In this document: positions 52,321-64,000 of the stretch, piece after piece
Numbering within the stretch: the stretch's first letter is position 1
Layout of the letters: each line of letters opens with the position of its first letter
Assembly: GCA_009103225.1 (NCBI GenBank)
Contig: RHPI01002069.1
Coordinates: 521,378-585,377, forward strand
Length of the DNA: 64,000 nucleotides
From: Chlorokybus atmophyticus
Lineage: Eukaryota; Plantae; Mesostigma and Chlorokybus algae
Reading direction: 5' to 3'
Translations under genes and position numbers: made by a program
Notes under the pieces: generated by a model
What the model was told of the DNA's origin: nothing
Databases searched by the model: none
The model's input: the letters and a program-made list of their open reading frames with translations, nothing else

Positions 52321-55300
52321 ATGTCGCACCGGCGTCCTCCGAGACAGCCGATCCGTGAGGTGACGCTCGAGCGAGAGGCGGCGGTCGGGGCGGACGTCCT
52401 ACTGCAGAAGGTGAGAGAGGGGATCTCGGTGGCTGTTGTGGTTGGAGTTGGTGTTGGTGTTGGTGGTGTGGAAAAATGAAAGATGGTTTTAAAATTTGTA
52501 TGGTGACTTGGTTGAACTGTTACGTGGCTTTCACTCGTCTGTAGACATGGCTCCAATGTTGTCTGAGTAACATTCAATCTTGGGTGCAAGATTGAATGTT
52601 CACGTTGTGTGCTGCTCCATTTCCATATCTTGCGCACAATTCAACATATCAAGGTATCACTATTTCGCGCACATTCACACGCACACGCAGACAAACGCAC
52701 ACAAATAGTTGCTCGTGCACACACGCCCACACACAAGCGCGCATGGTCATCCAGCAATCCCTGCCCGCAGGCGCGCGAGCTCCGCGGTTTCCTCCATCGC
52801 CAGAAACGCGGCGCCTCGCAGGCCTCTGACCGCCAGGCATGGCTCCTGGCCTCCCACCGCCTCCACGATGAACAGTGAGAGACCCCACCCCCACCCCCAC
52901 CCCACTTTTCCTCACACCAACACCAACACTGACACTCCCCTTGCGCGCAGAGTGGCTGCAGAGCGCGAACTCGCGGACGCGCTGGCGGCCGCGGCCGAGC
53001 ACGTCGGCGAGGAGGAGCTGGCAGATTGCGAGGCTGGACTCGAGGACGAAAGGGAGCGGGACTTAATACAGGGTGAGAAGTTGTGTCTCTTCCGTGAGGA
53101 GATGATTTTGTGCGTGCATCCGTGTTGGTGCAACTCAACAACGTTGCCTGGTAGTGCTGAACTGGGTGCTTGGAAGTAACAACAACAAAGCGAACGTGGA
53201 GTTTGATCGCGCTGCGCATGCAGACCAACTGAGGAAGCTGGAGCAAGAGGTAGGTGGAATAACAAGTCAAAAGTGACCAAGGCAGTGAACACAAAACAAA
53301 ACGTGCATACTGTCAACCTGCGTCAGTCATCTAGATAATTCTTCGTCCTTGCCTGCCCAAGGACACTGATTAGTGCATGCTATCAGGCGGCTGCCCTTGA
53401 AGCCGAGCTGCGTGCGAACCGCCCCTCAGCCCTATCCAACAACAACACCAACTCCTTCTTGAACACCACCACAGACCCCAACAACGACACCCATACCAAC
53501 AATGACTCCTCCGACCCCATCACCACCCGCACTCACCACCTCCTCACCTCCCTCCTCACCTGCTTCCCCTCCGACCCCTCCATCCTCTCCGAACTCCACT
53601 CAGCCTTCACCTCCTTTGCCTCCTCACACGCCACAAGACTGGCCTCATTCCCGCCCGTGCCGGCGTGTCCGAGCGGGTGGGGGCCGGGAGACCAGGCGCG
53701 ATTTGTGGCCGTGAGGAGGGGGGTGATGAGGGAGTGCATCGGAGTGGGGAATGTGAATTGGAGGGAGAGGGTGGTGGAGAGTGTGGGGAAGGGGATGGAG
53801 GGGAAGGGGAGAGAGGAGATACTTGCATTTGAGGATTGGTGAGTGAGAGGATGTATAGAGTGTGCGTGCGCGCGCTCGCGTGCATATGGGGGCGGCCGCG
53901 CATGTCCACGTCTGAGTGATGATTGACATCATCATCTCCTTGCTGTCGTCGCTGTGCAGGTATGTGAGAAGGAGGTCCGCCTTGGACCGTAGGAAAGCTG
54001 CTCTCCACGCGTTCGAGCGCGGTCTACATGATCTCCACGATCGCTCCCGCTTGTTGCTCATCCGCGCGCGTGAGGTGGCACAGACGGGGATGGAGAAAGC
54101 GGTGGAGTTGGTGCGGGCGGAGGCGGCGGCGGCCAGGGCGGCAGCGGCGAGGAGGAAGGGAAGGGAGGCGAGGGAGGGGGAGAGGGAGAAGGAGAGGGAG
54201 AGGGAGAGAGAGGGAGAGAGGAGGGAGAGGGAGAGGGAGAGGAGGGAGAAGGAGAGCCGGGAGGTGAGAGTGGGGAGAGAGAGGGAGTGTTGGTGTTGGG
54301 ACTGAGTGTGAGGTTACTATGTGTGTGTGCGCACGTGCAGGAGGAGCAGAGGCAGCGCAAGTTGCTCATTGCGGCTTACAGGGATGATCTTGCAGCCGCT
54401 GAGGCTGCATCAGCCGCACAAGTGAGCAACATTACAACATGATGATTTCGTACTGTGTAGTTACTTGCTGTTGCCATAGAGCAAGTTAGTGCAGCGCCTT
54501 GCAATGTCTTGACTCAAACTTTGCAGGTTGCAGCAGAAGAAGCGGAGCATGCTCACCAGGCCGCGCTTGGTGCTAACAATGACCATCTTTTCCCCTTCTT
54601 TCCCCGTCTTCACCTGTGCAATCGCATGCTAACCAGCGCTGCTGGTGTCCTGCAGAGGCGGCGCGCAACGCGGAGCGCGTGGAGTACCGGCGCGAGGAGG
54701 AGCGTGCGAGGGCGCAGGCCCGTGCCGCCAAGGCCGAGGCAGACACGGAAGCTGAGGCGCTGCGCGAGCGCCGCCTTGACTCCCTGCGAGCTCAGGTCTG
54801 AGGAAGTGATGAGAGTTGGTACTGTGACGTATATGTGAGCGTGTGCACGCATGCGTGCGCGTGTAAGTGAGTGAGTGCATGTGCGCGTGTGTGTGCATAT
54901 GTATGTGGTCGTGGTTGTCATTGTGGGTGTGGGTGTGGGTGTGGGTGTGGGTATGTAATAGTACGATAAACAGTATGCTGAGAGGTGTTTGTACACAGGT
55001 TGCGCCGGTCGTTAGTGCAGACCCAGAGCGCGTGCTGCAGCCGACTGCAGCTGTGGCGGCGGAGAGGATGCAACTGCCTGGGAAGGCGTTCAACCCCGTT
55101 AATGGGTACACCACACACGAGCTCATGCGTGACCAGCGCTTCAAGGTGAGGGTGGGGGGAGTTACCGTGTTTTTACCACTGATGTACCAACTAGTTGGCT
55201 GAACTTCTTGCCATGGGGCAGATTGCTGTGGCGTTGCGAGATGCTGGCTTGCATCAAACCGAGGCAGGGAGGGCGGCTGTGGCGAGCGCGGCCGCGCGTG

Positions 55301-55362
55301 CGCAGCCGAGGCGAGACCAGCTCACTACCGATGCGCTCGCACGCTTGCGAACACGAGACTGA
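52321..55362 (+). CDS. CCDC148: Coiled-coil protein, CCDC148-like; multi-exon
   Basis: Spliced exons give GWGPGDQARFVAVRR, EILAFEDW|YVRRRSALDRRKAAL, long E/R/A heptad stretches and VSADPERVLQPT...NGYTTHELMRDQRFK...LRDAGLHQTE, matching my recollection of the CCDC148 C-terminus. Confidence 0.65.
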
Positions 55363-55983
55363 ATGTTCACACTCTGGATATAGTGATTGCATTTTTCCAT
55401 ACGATGGTGGTAACTTGTTACTGCACGATCGCACATAAGCAGCAGATGCTGAGTTGCTGGTAGCCATATATGACAAAAAGGGCTGCACAGCTCCACAAAC
55501 ACAATGCATTTTCACAAAGCCATTGCAGTAGGCAGTGTTCTATTGAACAACTTGAGCCACAGTGCGCACAACTGTAGTGTCATTATGCACTGCATCTGGT
55601 TTGTGGTGTGCAAGCAACTCTTGCTTGTTTGTTTACATTTTGTTCAAAGAGAACAATGCAACGCGAACCGTCACTTGGTGCTGATTGGTTAGACGTACGC
55701 CCACATCATACCCAAACACAGTTGTTTAACGGAAGTGATTAAAATGCCACAGATGCCCTGGAATGCATGGGAAGGGTGCACGCTGGACACACTCCAAGAT
55801 GGATGGAAGCTACACCTAAGGTGTTGAAGGAAAACTATCTAACCATTCGCCATTGATGGAGATGGCACATAGAAAAAAACACGATACACTGCAGCAAACT
55901 GCCACTTCTGTAGTTTGGTCAGTTTGACTGCGGCAGCTGCGTGACCAACTGAATCAACTTTGCTCACGCTCTAGACAGACTTG

Positions 55984-56630
55984 TCATGACGCGAGATGCG
56001 GGAAGCACTGCCAGCAAAACCAACATTCAGTAACGACCGCAATCAGACAGTACGATCACGAGCGAGCATGTTCAACACAACAAACCTCTTCGAGGGTGTT
56101 CTTTGGATGCCTGTTGTCCGAATGCTCTTTGCACTTGCTTGCCGTTGTTGTGCAGATGAACGTTTGCATGCAAATGTTACACTGCAGCCCACAACAGCGA
56201 TCAGCGCCAATGTGCACAGTACACTTGCACAACGTCACCTTCTGTAAGGACGTTAATCATAATTAAACCAGCAAGAAATTGTCAAATCCCCCTGTTCCTA
56301 ACGGCAACACCCAATGCCTTATCTACATGTATGAATGCTTACCTTGATAGTGAGTGCGGCCTTGTTTTTTTCCAGCTGGCTTCCTGCCCATTAAAGACAG
56401 AAAACATGCGATGAGGTAACTGCAAATACTTCTGACCCAGTCGAGTTCAATCAGCGGCATCAGGCCATAAGGCACGCAGCTTGACGCGCTTCTCATTGCT
56501 GGACAACTGACACATGGCTTAGCATAAGAACCAGTCAACGTATAAGCAACTCGCCTTTGCCAGCTGCAGCATCCTTTGCCAGCTTTCGTTCGCGGGAGGT
56601 TTTGGACTTTTGAGCGTTACCGCCACCCAT
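55984..56630 (-). CDS. Small ZNF706/4F5-type zinc-finger protein (At2g23090-like); 4 exons, first intron GC-AG
   Basis: MGGGNAQKSKTSRERKLAKDAAAGK|GSQLEKNKAALTIK|CNICMQTFICTTTASKCKEHSDNRHPKNTLEE|CFPHLAS*. Confidence 0.92.
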
Positions 56631-56758
56631 TTTCTCCTCTCCACTCCAAGCCTGATGGTAGCAAGCCTCTCGACCCAGCCACCACTGCCCCGCCGCAACG
56701 GCCTCGACCTCACCGACCACCTCGCCGCCGTCGCCGCCGCCGCGTCACACGTGTCCAG

Positions 56759-56767
56759 TTAGGGTTT
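56759..56767 (-). promoter_or_regulatory. Telo-box (AAACCCTAA) in the ZNF706-like/TrmO divergent promoter
   Basis: Exact TTAGGGTTT on the + strand between the two ATGs. A 9-mer can occur by chance. Confidence 0.4.
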
Positions 56768-56999
56768 GCAAGGCCAGACACGCCGTGTTGTAGCGTGTCC
56801 CATCGTGTCTCAGAGTTTACTCCGATCACGGCAAAAGTGCTTTCCAGGATCAAATGTAACACGCAAGCTCTAATCAGGACCAATTTGAGCATTGCGCGTA
56901 GGCGGCGGCGACGTTGTTGCTGCTGTAGTTGGTGGTGGTGGTGGCTCTGTTGCAAGGGTTCAGAGGGGGTGGTGTCGTGGGCCTGTGTCAGCTCACTAC

Positions 57000-59007
57000 A
57001 TGTCGCTGGTGCTTCCGGCTGTCGCTGCGATTTTGGCTGCTACTGCCTACGCAGGTAGGCTCCTGCTGAGGCTGTGCCCCAAAGCTGCATGCCTGTGCAT
57101 GCCTATGCCAGCTTGCCTAGCCGCAGTAGGCTGTCGATTATTGAGTTGTGTATATAACTACTGAAGAATGTTTTCTCAGCATCTTTCAACGCATGCTGAG
57201 ACCTTGATCACGTGCATGGTGAACCCATGCACAATCAATGAAAATAAAGCCAATGTTTGGTGTTTAGCACTGCAGTGCAACCTTACCCCTAGATCGCCAG
57301 CTGACACTTGTAGCCAGCACTCGTGCATGCGTAAGACGCCTATGCTTGCAGGGTTCGCGCAGTCAGTGGCGGTGTCCAAAGCGCAGCGCAGAGTCTCCCA
57401 GCTTGAGGCTGCGCTCGAGGTCGAGCAGACTCAGCGTGCAGCAGAGCGTGCAGCTCGCATCCGGGCACAGAAGGTCAGAACTTGTAATGTGTGGTACACC
57501 TTGTTGGAACCGTGCATTGAGTCAACATAAACAGGAGTTGAAGGAGGCACGGCTGGGCAACGCGCCTGGCGAACAGGCGTTCCCGTTCGTGCCCATTGGC
57601 GTCCTGCGCACTTGCTACACAACCCGGTAGGTATTTATGGCATGCTTTGCATGCCCAAGGTGTGCACGCATGTGTGCAAGCACTTCCCAAGCACTCGAGC
57701 ACTCATTTCAACCTGTGCAGCAATGGCACCCCGCGTCAACCACTGCTCGTCCCCCTTGCGCGCGCTCGCCTGCGCCTCAACACGGGCCCACGTACGGCAC
57801 ACGCATGGTTGCGGTTGTCGTGCCCTCTCGCGTGCCCTATTAACCTCTTCTTGCGCGTGTGTTGATGAAGTGGGAGTGCCACCGGCGTGTCTGGAAGGTC
57901 TGGAGCAGTTCTCGCACTGTTGGGTGCTATACGTCTTCCACGCCAACACCGACCTGCAGAGACTGTGGCAGGGCGACCGCCGCAGCATGAAAGCCAAGGC
58001 AAGGCGTGTATTGTGGTATGGCATCGCTACATCACAGTGCGCACATACCAATTGCTGTTTGGCATGCACCAGGTCAAGGTGCCCCGGCTCAATGGTGAAA
58101 AAGTCGGCGTCTTCGCTACCCGCAGCCCGCACCGACCCGTCCCAATTGGCCTCAGCGTAGCAAAGGTATCCGCTCTCAACCATCGCTCCACGCGTCGGTG
58201 CATCATCTGACAAAATGATGTACGCTTTCTGGTAAAAGTGCAGGTTGATCGCATTGACGGCGACACGCTCTACCTCTCCGGCGTGGACATTGTTGACGGC
58301 TCGGTGCGTACGCAAAACAGTTGACTGACCTGTTTTACAGCCTTGACGCGTACTGGCCTTGACCCGTTCACGTGGTGGCCTGTCATCATCATGCAGCCAG
58401 TGCTGGACATAAAACCTTACCTGCCGTACAGCGACGCGCTGTCGTTCGCTGGTGTTCCTTCCTGGGTGCTGGTCAGTATGCTTGATAAACAATGTGGTCA
58501 AGTACTGTGTGCGCATAAAGCAACATGTCACGGGGCTTGTCACAGGCTCAGGGAGATGATGACCCTCTGCACCTGCGCGAGGTCGTGATCGAGGCAAAGG
58601 CCATGGCAGAGTTGACATCCGCATGGCAAAGAACAGTAAAGTTGTGTTGTGCGTACAATTTGTACACCACAGTCTTTGCATTGTCATTGAAACCTTATCA
58701 CCCTACCCCTCAGGCATCCCAGTCTTTGTACGAGAGCGCAGAGACATACGCTGCGCTGCTACAACAGGTGCTGTCGCGTGACATTCGCAACTTGCGGCAG
58801 CGGACGAAAGGTCCCAAGAGGAGCGTTCTCAACGGGGACTCGGGGGAAGATGATGACAATGGTGACGACAATGTGGCGACAGTGTACTATCTGGTGCTTG
58901 AGCACATGCGCATCGCGTACACGGTGTCGAAAGCCGGCGTCACGACGGTGGTTGGGGCTCAGGTCGCTGATGAGAGCATGAAGCACAATGAGGAGTGGCG
59001 TGTCTGA
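57000..59007 (+). CDS. TRMO: tRNA (adenine37-N6)-methyltransferase TrmO/TsaA; multi-exon
   Basis: PIGVLRTCYTTR|NGTPRQPLLVP, LEGLEQFSHCWVLYVFHANT, VKVPRLNGEKVGVFATRSPHRPVPIGLS, LSGVDIVDGS|PVLDIKPY. N-terminal hydrophobic segment and coiled coil as in plant homologues. Confidence 0.95.
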
Positions 59008-59321
59008 CACTCGGTTACTCTCTGTCAAAAGCACTATCCAACCACCCTCATGCTTGCGGCCCTCCTCTGAATTGCAACGTACCCAATTTTTTCTTCAAGC
59101 ACATACTTGGGGTGTCCAGTACAGCACGCCAGGGGATGGACCTTTGGATCTATGTTTTGTGCTACTCGTCACAAATGTACACGAGTGTGTTTATGGCTGT
59201 CCAAACCTGCGCGTATACCCGAGGACTGTTGAATGACACTTATGTGTAGAGCTGTAGAGTGCAGGTAGAATGCCGTTGTCATTAGTGTCAATAGCAGCAG
59301 CAACAGCTTTTCTACTGAATG

Positions 59322-60375
59322 TAGTGTAACTACCAACATTGATCTACTTAAGAAAGCCTCCACACAACCTCTGAAGTTCAACCGCTCGACCAAGGCATCA
59401 TTGCTGCCTTCAAGCTGCAATACAAGAAGCGATCGCTGGCGTGGCAGCTGGCAGCAAGCGATGACGACAACGTGAACCTCTTCAAGCTGATGCCAAGCAT
59501 GCGCGATGTCCTCATGTGGGCAGTGGATGCCTGGGACAACATTCAGCCACTAACCATTGCCAATTGCTGGCGGCACGCGAAGATCTGCCCGGCAGGTTGG
59601 CATCATGTGCATGATGTAGACATGCGCAATGCAGAGGAGCGACCTTCACGCGCAGCTGTGTTGCCCGCATCAGATGTAACTGAGCTGAGCAACCTCATTC
59701 GCGAATTGAACCTTGGAGCACGCGAGCTGACAGCAGAGGAGTACATCAACATGCCGAGGGAGGGAGGAGGACATTGAGGAAGGCATGAGCTTGGAGGAGT
59801 TGGTAGCTGAGGTCACGCCCAAGGCAGCTGAACCAATGGTGCTCTGAAGATGAAGATGAAAGCGAGGAGGACTTGCCTCCAAGTGTAACTCTCACGGAGG
59901 CGCGACATTATGCACGCATGCTAGGCTTGTTTATGGATGATAACGTTGAGACCTTTGCAGTAGGTGATGCATTGAACATGGAGCGCGTGTCCATGAGGTT
60001 GAACAAGATGACAGTAGTCAACCTTAGGCGTAAGAAGCAAGCGGACATTCGCTCATTTTTACAAATGCAGCTACAAGCATGCCTCGCTGCAATGTAATGC
60101 ATGCTTTGATGCAAGTGGATGCATTATTGGAATGGTGCTATATATGCCATATTCAAGTGTATGTACATACCCAATCGACATGCAAAGCATGTGCTTCATA
60201 ATGTTGTGCTCAGATTGATATACATAGCAGTTTCCCTCGATCTAAGCACATGGTGTGCTTACAGCGAGGTAGTTCGCAGTGGTCACAAATGTGCTTAGAT
60301 CGAATGAAGCACACCTCGCTGTATGCACATGAGTGATGGGAACCAATGATGTGCTTACATCGAGGTTACACTATA
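59322..60375 (+). mobile_element. Degraded pogo/Tigger-like (Tc1/mariner, DDE_1) DNA transposon remnant with right end preserved
   Basis: TTSEVQPLDQGIIAAFKLQYKKR and AVDAWDNIQPLTIANCWRHAKI are transposase C-terminal motifs. Frameshift near 59760, stop near 59847. Five copies of a 16-mer TGTGCTTA(C/G)A(T/G)CGAGG at 60235-60365; terminal ...CGAGGTTACACTA followed by TA. Confidence 0.85.
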
Positions 60376-60399
60376 CTAGTAACAAAGGATAATGCCGAC

Positions 60400-62383
60400 G
60401 TCGTCGTCGACGCAGGCATCTCGTGAAGCATACAATACGTCAACACGCTGTGTGACACTATCACCGTCAGCAGCAGTGTTGTGTTTTTCGCACAATGCCT
60501 TGCAATCACGACGGAATTGTAATGCCCAAGGCTTTGGCAAGCTGTACTGCTGCCCGCACAAGCTGGCTTGTTCAATTTGTTGTACACATGCATGCCCACA
60601 GCTGGTGTGTACATTTCGTGACCATCGCCGCTACAGTAGTATAAAAAGTTTGCCGAGTGTTGACAACGCTTGGCCAAAACCATTACAAATCGTTAGCACA
60701 GCGCATTGCAAGGCTTTGGCTTACCTGAAGGCCTTCGTTGGTGCACGGCATAAGGTTGGCAAAGGCGAATGCTCTTGCACTTTGCCCTTGCACTGTGCAG
60801 ACATGAGTTGTGACTGCCGTGCTTCCACCAGCTTCATGCATTGCTCGCATTGTGCTTGTCTTGTGGTTCTGGGTTTGTGTGTGGCAATACATTCTTCAGC
60901 TTTCTGCCTTGAGTGCCATGCTGGATTTTGCAAACCATATGCATGTAATAAGTCGTGCAGAACTGTCCCGAGTTGGGACTTCCGACTGTCACATGCGCGC
61001 TATGGTTGTTGCAATTCACAAGCATGCAACCGAGGGTTTATCTTAACACTGTAGCACTACACAAACTACTACTACTTACAAACTGCTTGACTGGGACCAT
61101 AACAAACCGAACATTAACACCATGCTAATGAGCCATGTACCAGCGCCGCGCAGTTGCGCATCTTGTACTTCCTCCGCCGCCTCTCCCAGCCTGTCAAGCA
61201 GCAGTTCTATCCTGCCAGACAGGATGTTCACCTTGTCTTCCAGCTGCGCAAACTTTTTCTCCTGCTGATCAAAGCGCTCCTCCAACCGGCGCGTCAACTG
61301 CTGCACGGCATCATCAACCTGGTTTGACAACTTGTGCTTTTTGAACATGTGTGATTGTGTTGTTTCAGCGTAGCAAGTGTTGAGTCAGACCTGCTGTCCC
61401 GACAACTCGGGAGGGGTGAGTGCTTGCGCGGCATCTGCAGCTGCGGGTGCACAGTCAACTCGTAGATAGTATACTTGCGGTTCACCCGCAAAGGCCACGC
61501 CTGCGGTGAGTAGTGTTGCCACTATGGGCGCTGCAATCGCGGCTTTTGAGAAAAGGCGACCCCTCTGCTGCTGTTGCTGCGCATGCTGAGCAGAGAGCGT
61601 GCGTGGTTCTGCAGGTTGCACGTTGCTTCTCAGTGGAATGGTGTAGTGCCAGCGAAAAGCAGCGTGTCCATGCCCATGTTGCTGTCTAGCCGACAGCGAA
61701 CTTGCAAAAATGAACAAATTGTGGTAGGATAGCCCAGCATATGTTGTTGATCTATTGCTGACTAAACTAGTGCCGATTACCCAAAGGACTTGCATCTTCT
61801 TTACAGTGCACTAGCCAACTGTATGACTCGCAGAAACTGCTCTGAGACGCTCAGAAGCACACCTGTTGCGTCAACCGCAGCTCAGGTCACGCTGCAGCCA
61901 GAGCTGCTGCCATGGTTCGTCACCATGACTTTGGTACTAAAACCCTGACAGTAGGCGTAGCAACGCAACAGTCCGCTGTCAACGTATGCCATCCCTCACG
62001 CGGCGTGAGAGAGATGGTGTGAGTCACGCCATCTCTGTCTATTGTGCTGTACCAACACTCAGCAGGGCCACTTTCCGCGCTAAACATAATGCACCTGGAA
62101 GCACTGAATCCGTGCAGTAGCTTTGCAAGTGAATTGTGGTAACAACTTACGACTTACTGCACTGCACTGCGTTGCACTTACCAGCTGCAGCTGCCCCAGC
62201 AGCAGAGTCAACCCGCTGCTGCTTCTGTTGCTGCTGCGCTGCTGCTGCTATTGCTGCTGAGTGTCGCCGGGCAGCCGGACGACGAGGGAGACGTAGCTGC
62301 CCAGAGACAATGCTCACCGCAGGCACTGTAGCAGCGCCGCAAGCCGACGCCGACACCGACGCCGTCGCTGCAGTCGCCCACAT
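60400..62383 (-). CDS. Unidentified multi-exon protein with a transit-peptide-like first exon and a coiled-coil segment
   Basis: First exon MWATAATASVSASACGAATV...AAA|gtaagt; later exons ...VAFAGEPQVYYLRVDC... and VDDAVQQLTRRLEERFDQQEKKFAQLEDKVNIL. The 3' structure is unresolved. Confidence 0.4.
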
Positions 62384-62560
62384 GCCTCCCCCCTCACTCC
62401 CGCCCTGCCGCCGCCGCCAAGGAGAGCAATTGTGCTGAGCATGTGTCCGGACGTGTTGTGCGAGCCTGCTGGTCGTCGGCGGCGGCGGAGGCGGGGGAGG
62501 TGGGGCAGGAGGAGGAGGGGGAGGAGGAGGAGGAGAGGGTGCGGTAAGGTGCGGGCCGGC

Positions 62561-64000
62561 ATGGCGTTGAGGCTGCTGGCTGCGGCAGCTGGGAGGCGAG
62601 GAGCGGGCGCAGCGACTGCAGGTAAAAGCTTGCTGCCGGTCGGCAACAGGGGTCCGCTGTTGGTGTATGTGCAAAGTAGCTAGCATTACGCACATAGTAG
62701 TCGTTCAAGCGCTGATACTGTTAGGCCGTGGAACCGCGCAATAGCTATTTATAATTGGTTTCGTTACCCAAGTTTGCTAGCCAATGCGAACCAACTGCAG
62801 CTTCGCATGCAAATCTGCTTCACAACAGTTTATTGGACGTACAGCAGCGAGCTTGCCGTTGCAAAACGCATGCACCTTCGCATGCACATTTGCATTTGAA
62901 CAATCTTATTAGACATAAAGCAGCTGAGTTGTGATGATTTTAACCAAGGACTGGCCTTCTCGCTTGGCTTGCAGGTGACTGATTGCTGTTCACTCAGTCG
63001 TTGTATGCTGCGACTTGTTCCAGTCACATATCATTGCATGGCTGTCAGCAGGGCTGAATGGTACGGTAGAGGCGTTATGGCAGCGGGGACTACCAGCTGC
63101 TGTTGTTGCAGCATTGCAAACAAGCACGAGCAGCAGCACCAGCAGCAGCAGCTATGCTACGGAGGCATGGCGCAATGTGCAGATCTCAAGGCCATACAAC
63201 ATCCACGAGTACAACCAGCGCATTTTCTACCTCTCTCGTCAAAAGATGTGAGAGCAGCAGAGACCTGCCCATGTCAATGGTGAGACAACGGCTGCTGATG
63301 GTTGTTCCTCCACCTTTGCAGGGCTTATCTCATGGTGGACGTAGTGCGGGACATGATGGCCGATGGCGTGACGCCCACGCGCGACACTTTCCACATGTGC
63401 ATCGCAGCTTGCATGCGCGCGGGCCGACTGCAGGAAGTGTTCTACTATTTCGACTTGATGAAGCGCCTGGCGCTCACGCCGGATGTGAGTGCTGCTTATG
63501 AGCACACACGCTATGCTTGCATCACAGCACCAGTAATATTCTAATGGCCATATCAAAAACTGACCACCTGTTTGGTGTGCTGGCGCTTCAGCTGATCCTA
63601 TACAACACGGTGATGAGTGCCTGCGCCAAAGCTCGCCAGCCAGATGCTGCTTTCCAGGTACTGATTGCAATCAGCTTTCGTCAAGGGAGTCATTGTGCTG
63701 TCCGGTGACTGACTGTGTTTTCATTGCCCACCATAGGTTTTTGAGGAGATCTTACGCTCAGGGCAGAAACCAACAGTCAGGTCGTACACGTCGCTACTGA
63801 GTGCGTGCGCAATAAGCGGAAGCGTGCAAAAGGCGTAAGTGGTCTTTGATGAAATTCTACCAGTTTCCTGCAGCTCATGAGATGGTGTTATAGCGGACGG
63901 AGAAGAGCCTATGACCTGTGTGCACGTGCAGCGAAGAAGTCATGGACTGGATGCGCAACGATGGCTTTCCAACAAACCTGTTCCATATCTCGGTGATGAT
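62561..64000 (+). CDS. P-type pentatricopeptide repeat protein with a mitochondrial presequence-like N-terminus (resembles At4g35850); runs off the window
   Basis: NIHEYNQRIFYLSRQK, DMMADGVTPTRDTFHMCIAACMRAGRLQEVFYYFDLMKRLALTPD|LILYNTVMSACAKARQPDAAFQ|VFEEILRSGQKPTVRSYTSLLSACA: consecutive 35-aa PPR motifs. Confidence 0.92.

Noticed and set aside
54160-54265. Purine-only (GA/GG) tract as a non-coding microsatellite or triplex element
   Set aside because: It lies in frame within a CCDC148-like exon and encodes an R/E-rich coiled-coil segment ending at a GT donor.
57635-58687. 350-aa minus-strand ORF
   Set aside because: Antisense to TRMO exons and introns; no motif, and its composition reflects intronic repeats.
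60392-61054. 220-aa Cys-rich + strand ORF
   Set aside because: No regular metal-binding spacing; antisense to a likely minus-strand gene, and Cys richness follows the tgc/tgt-rich sequence.

Overview
Intron-rich eukaryotic nuclear DNA from a green alga, roughly 50% GC, with short GT-AG introns and two N gaps. Several proteins look closer to land-plant versions, so an early-diverging streptophyte alga is plausible; this is inference only. Recognisable host genes in order: SDR oxidoreductase (-), MCM6 (-), AASDH/ACSF4-type NRPS-like enzyme (+), an unknown organelle-targeted protein (-), thioredoxin y (+), ubinuclein (+), a disrupted BTB-BACK-MATH gene (-), RpiB (-), glycine decarboxylase P (-), TsaE (+), CCDC148-like (+), a ZNF706-like small protein (-), TrmO/TsaA (+), an unknown gene (-) and a PPR protein (+, cut by the window end). 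The standout is a young full-length Ty3/gypsy chromovirus at 4263-11168 (- strand; LTRs 344/346 identical, GCAAG target-site duplication). It has four unusual properties: (i) gag and pol are in frame, separated by a single UAG followed by two hairpins, suggesting readthrough; (ii) an extra ~140-aa domain precedes the protease and resembles a catalytically dead DNA adenine methyltransferase; (iii) the LTRs are built largely from back-to-back hairpins; (iv) the chromodomain is in the +1 frame relative to integrase. Exon boundaries were read by eye, and family assignments come from motif recognition, not database searches.
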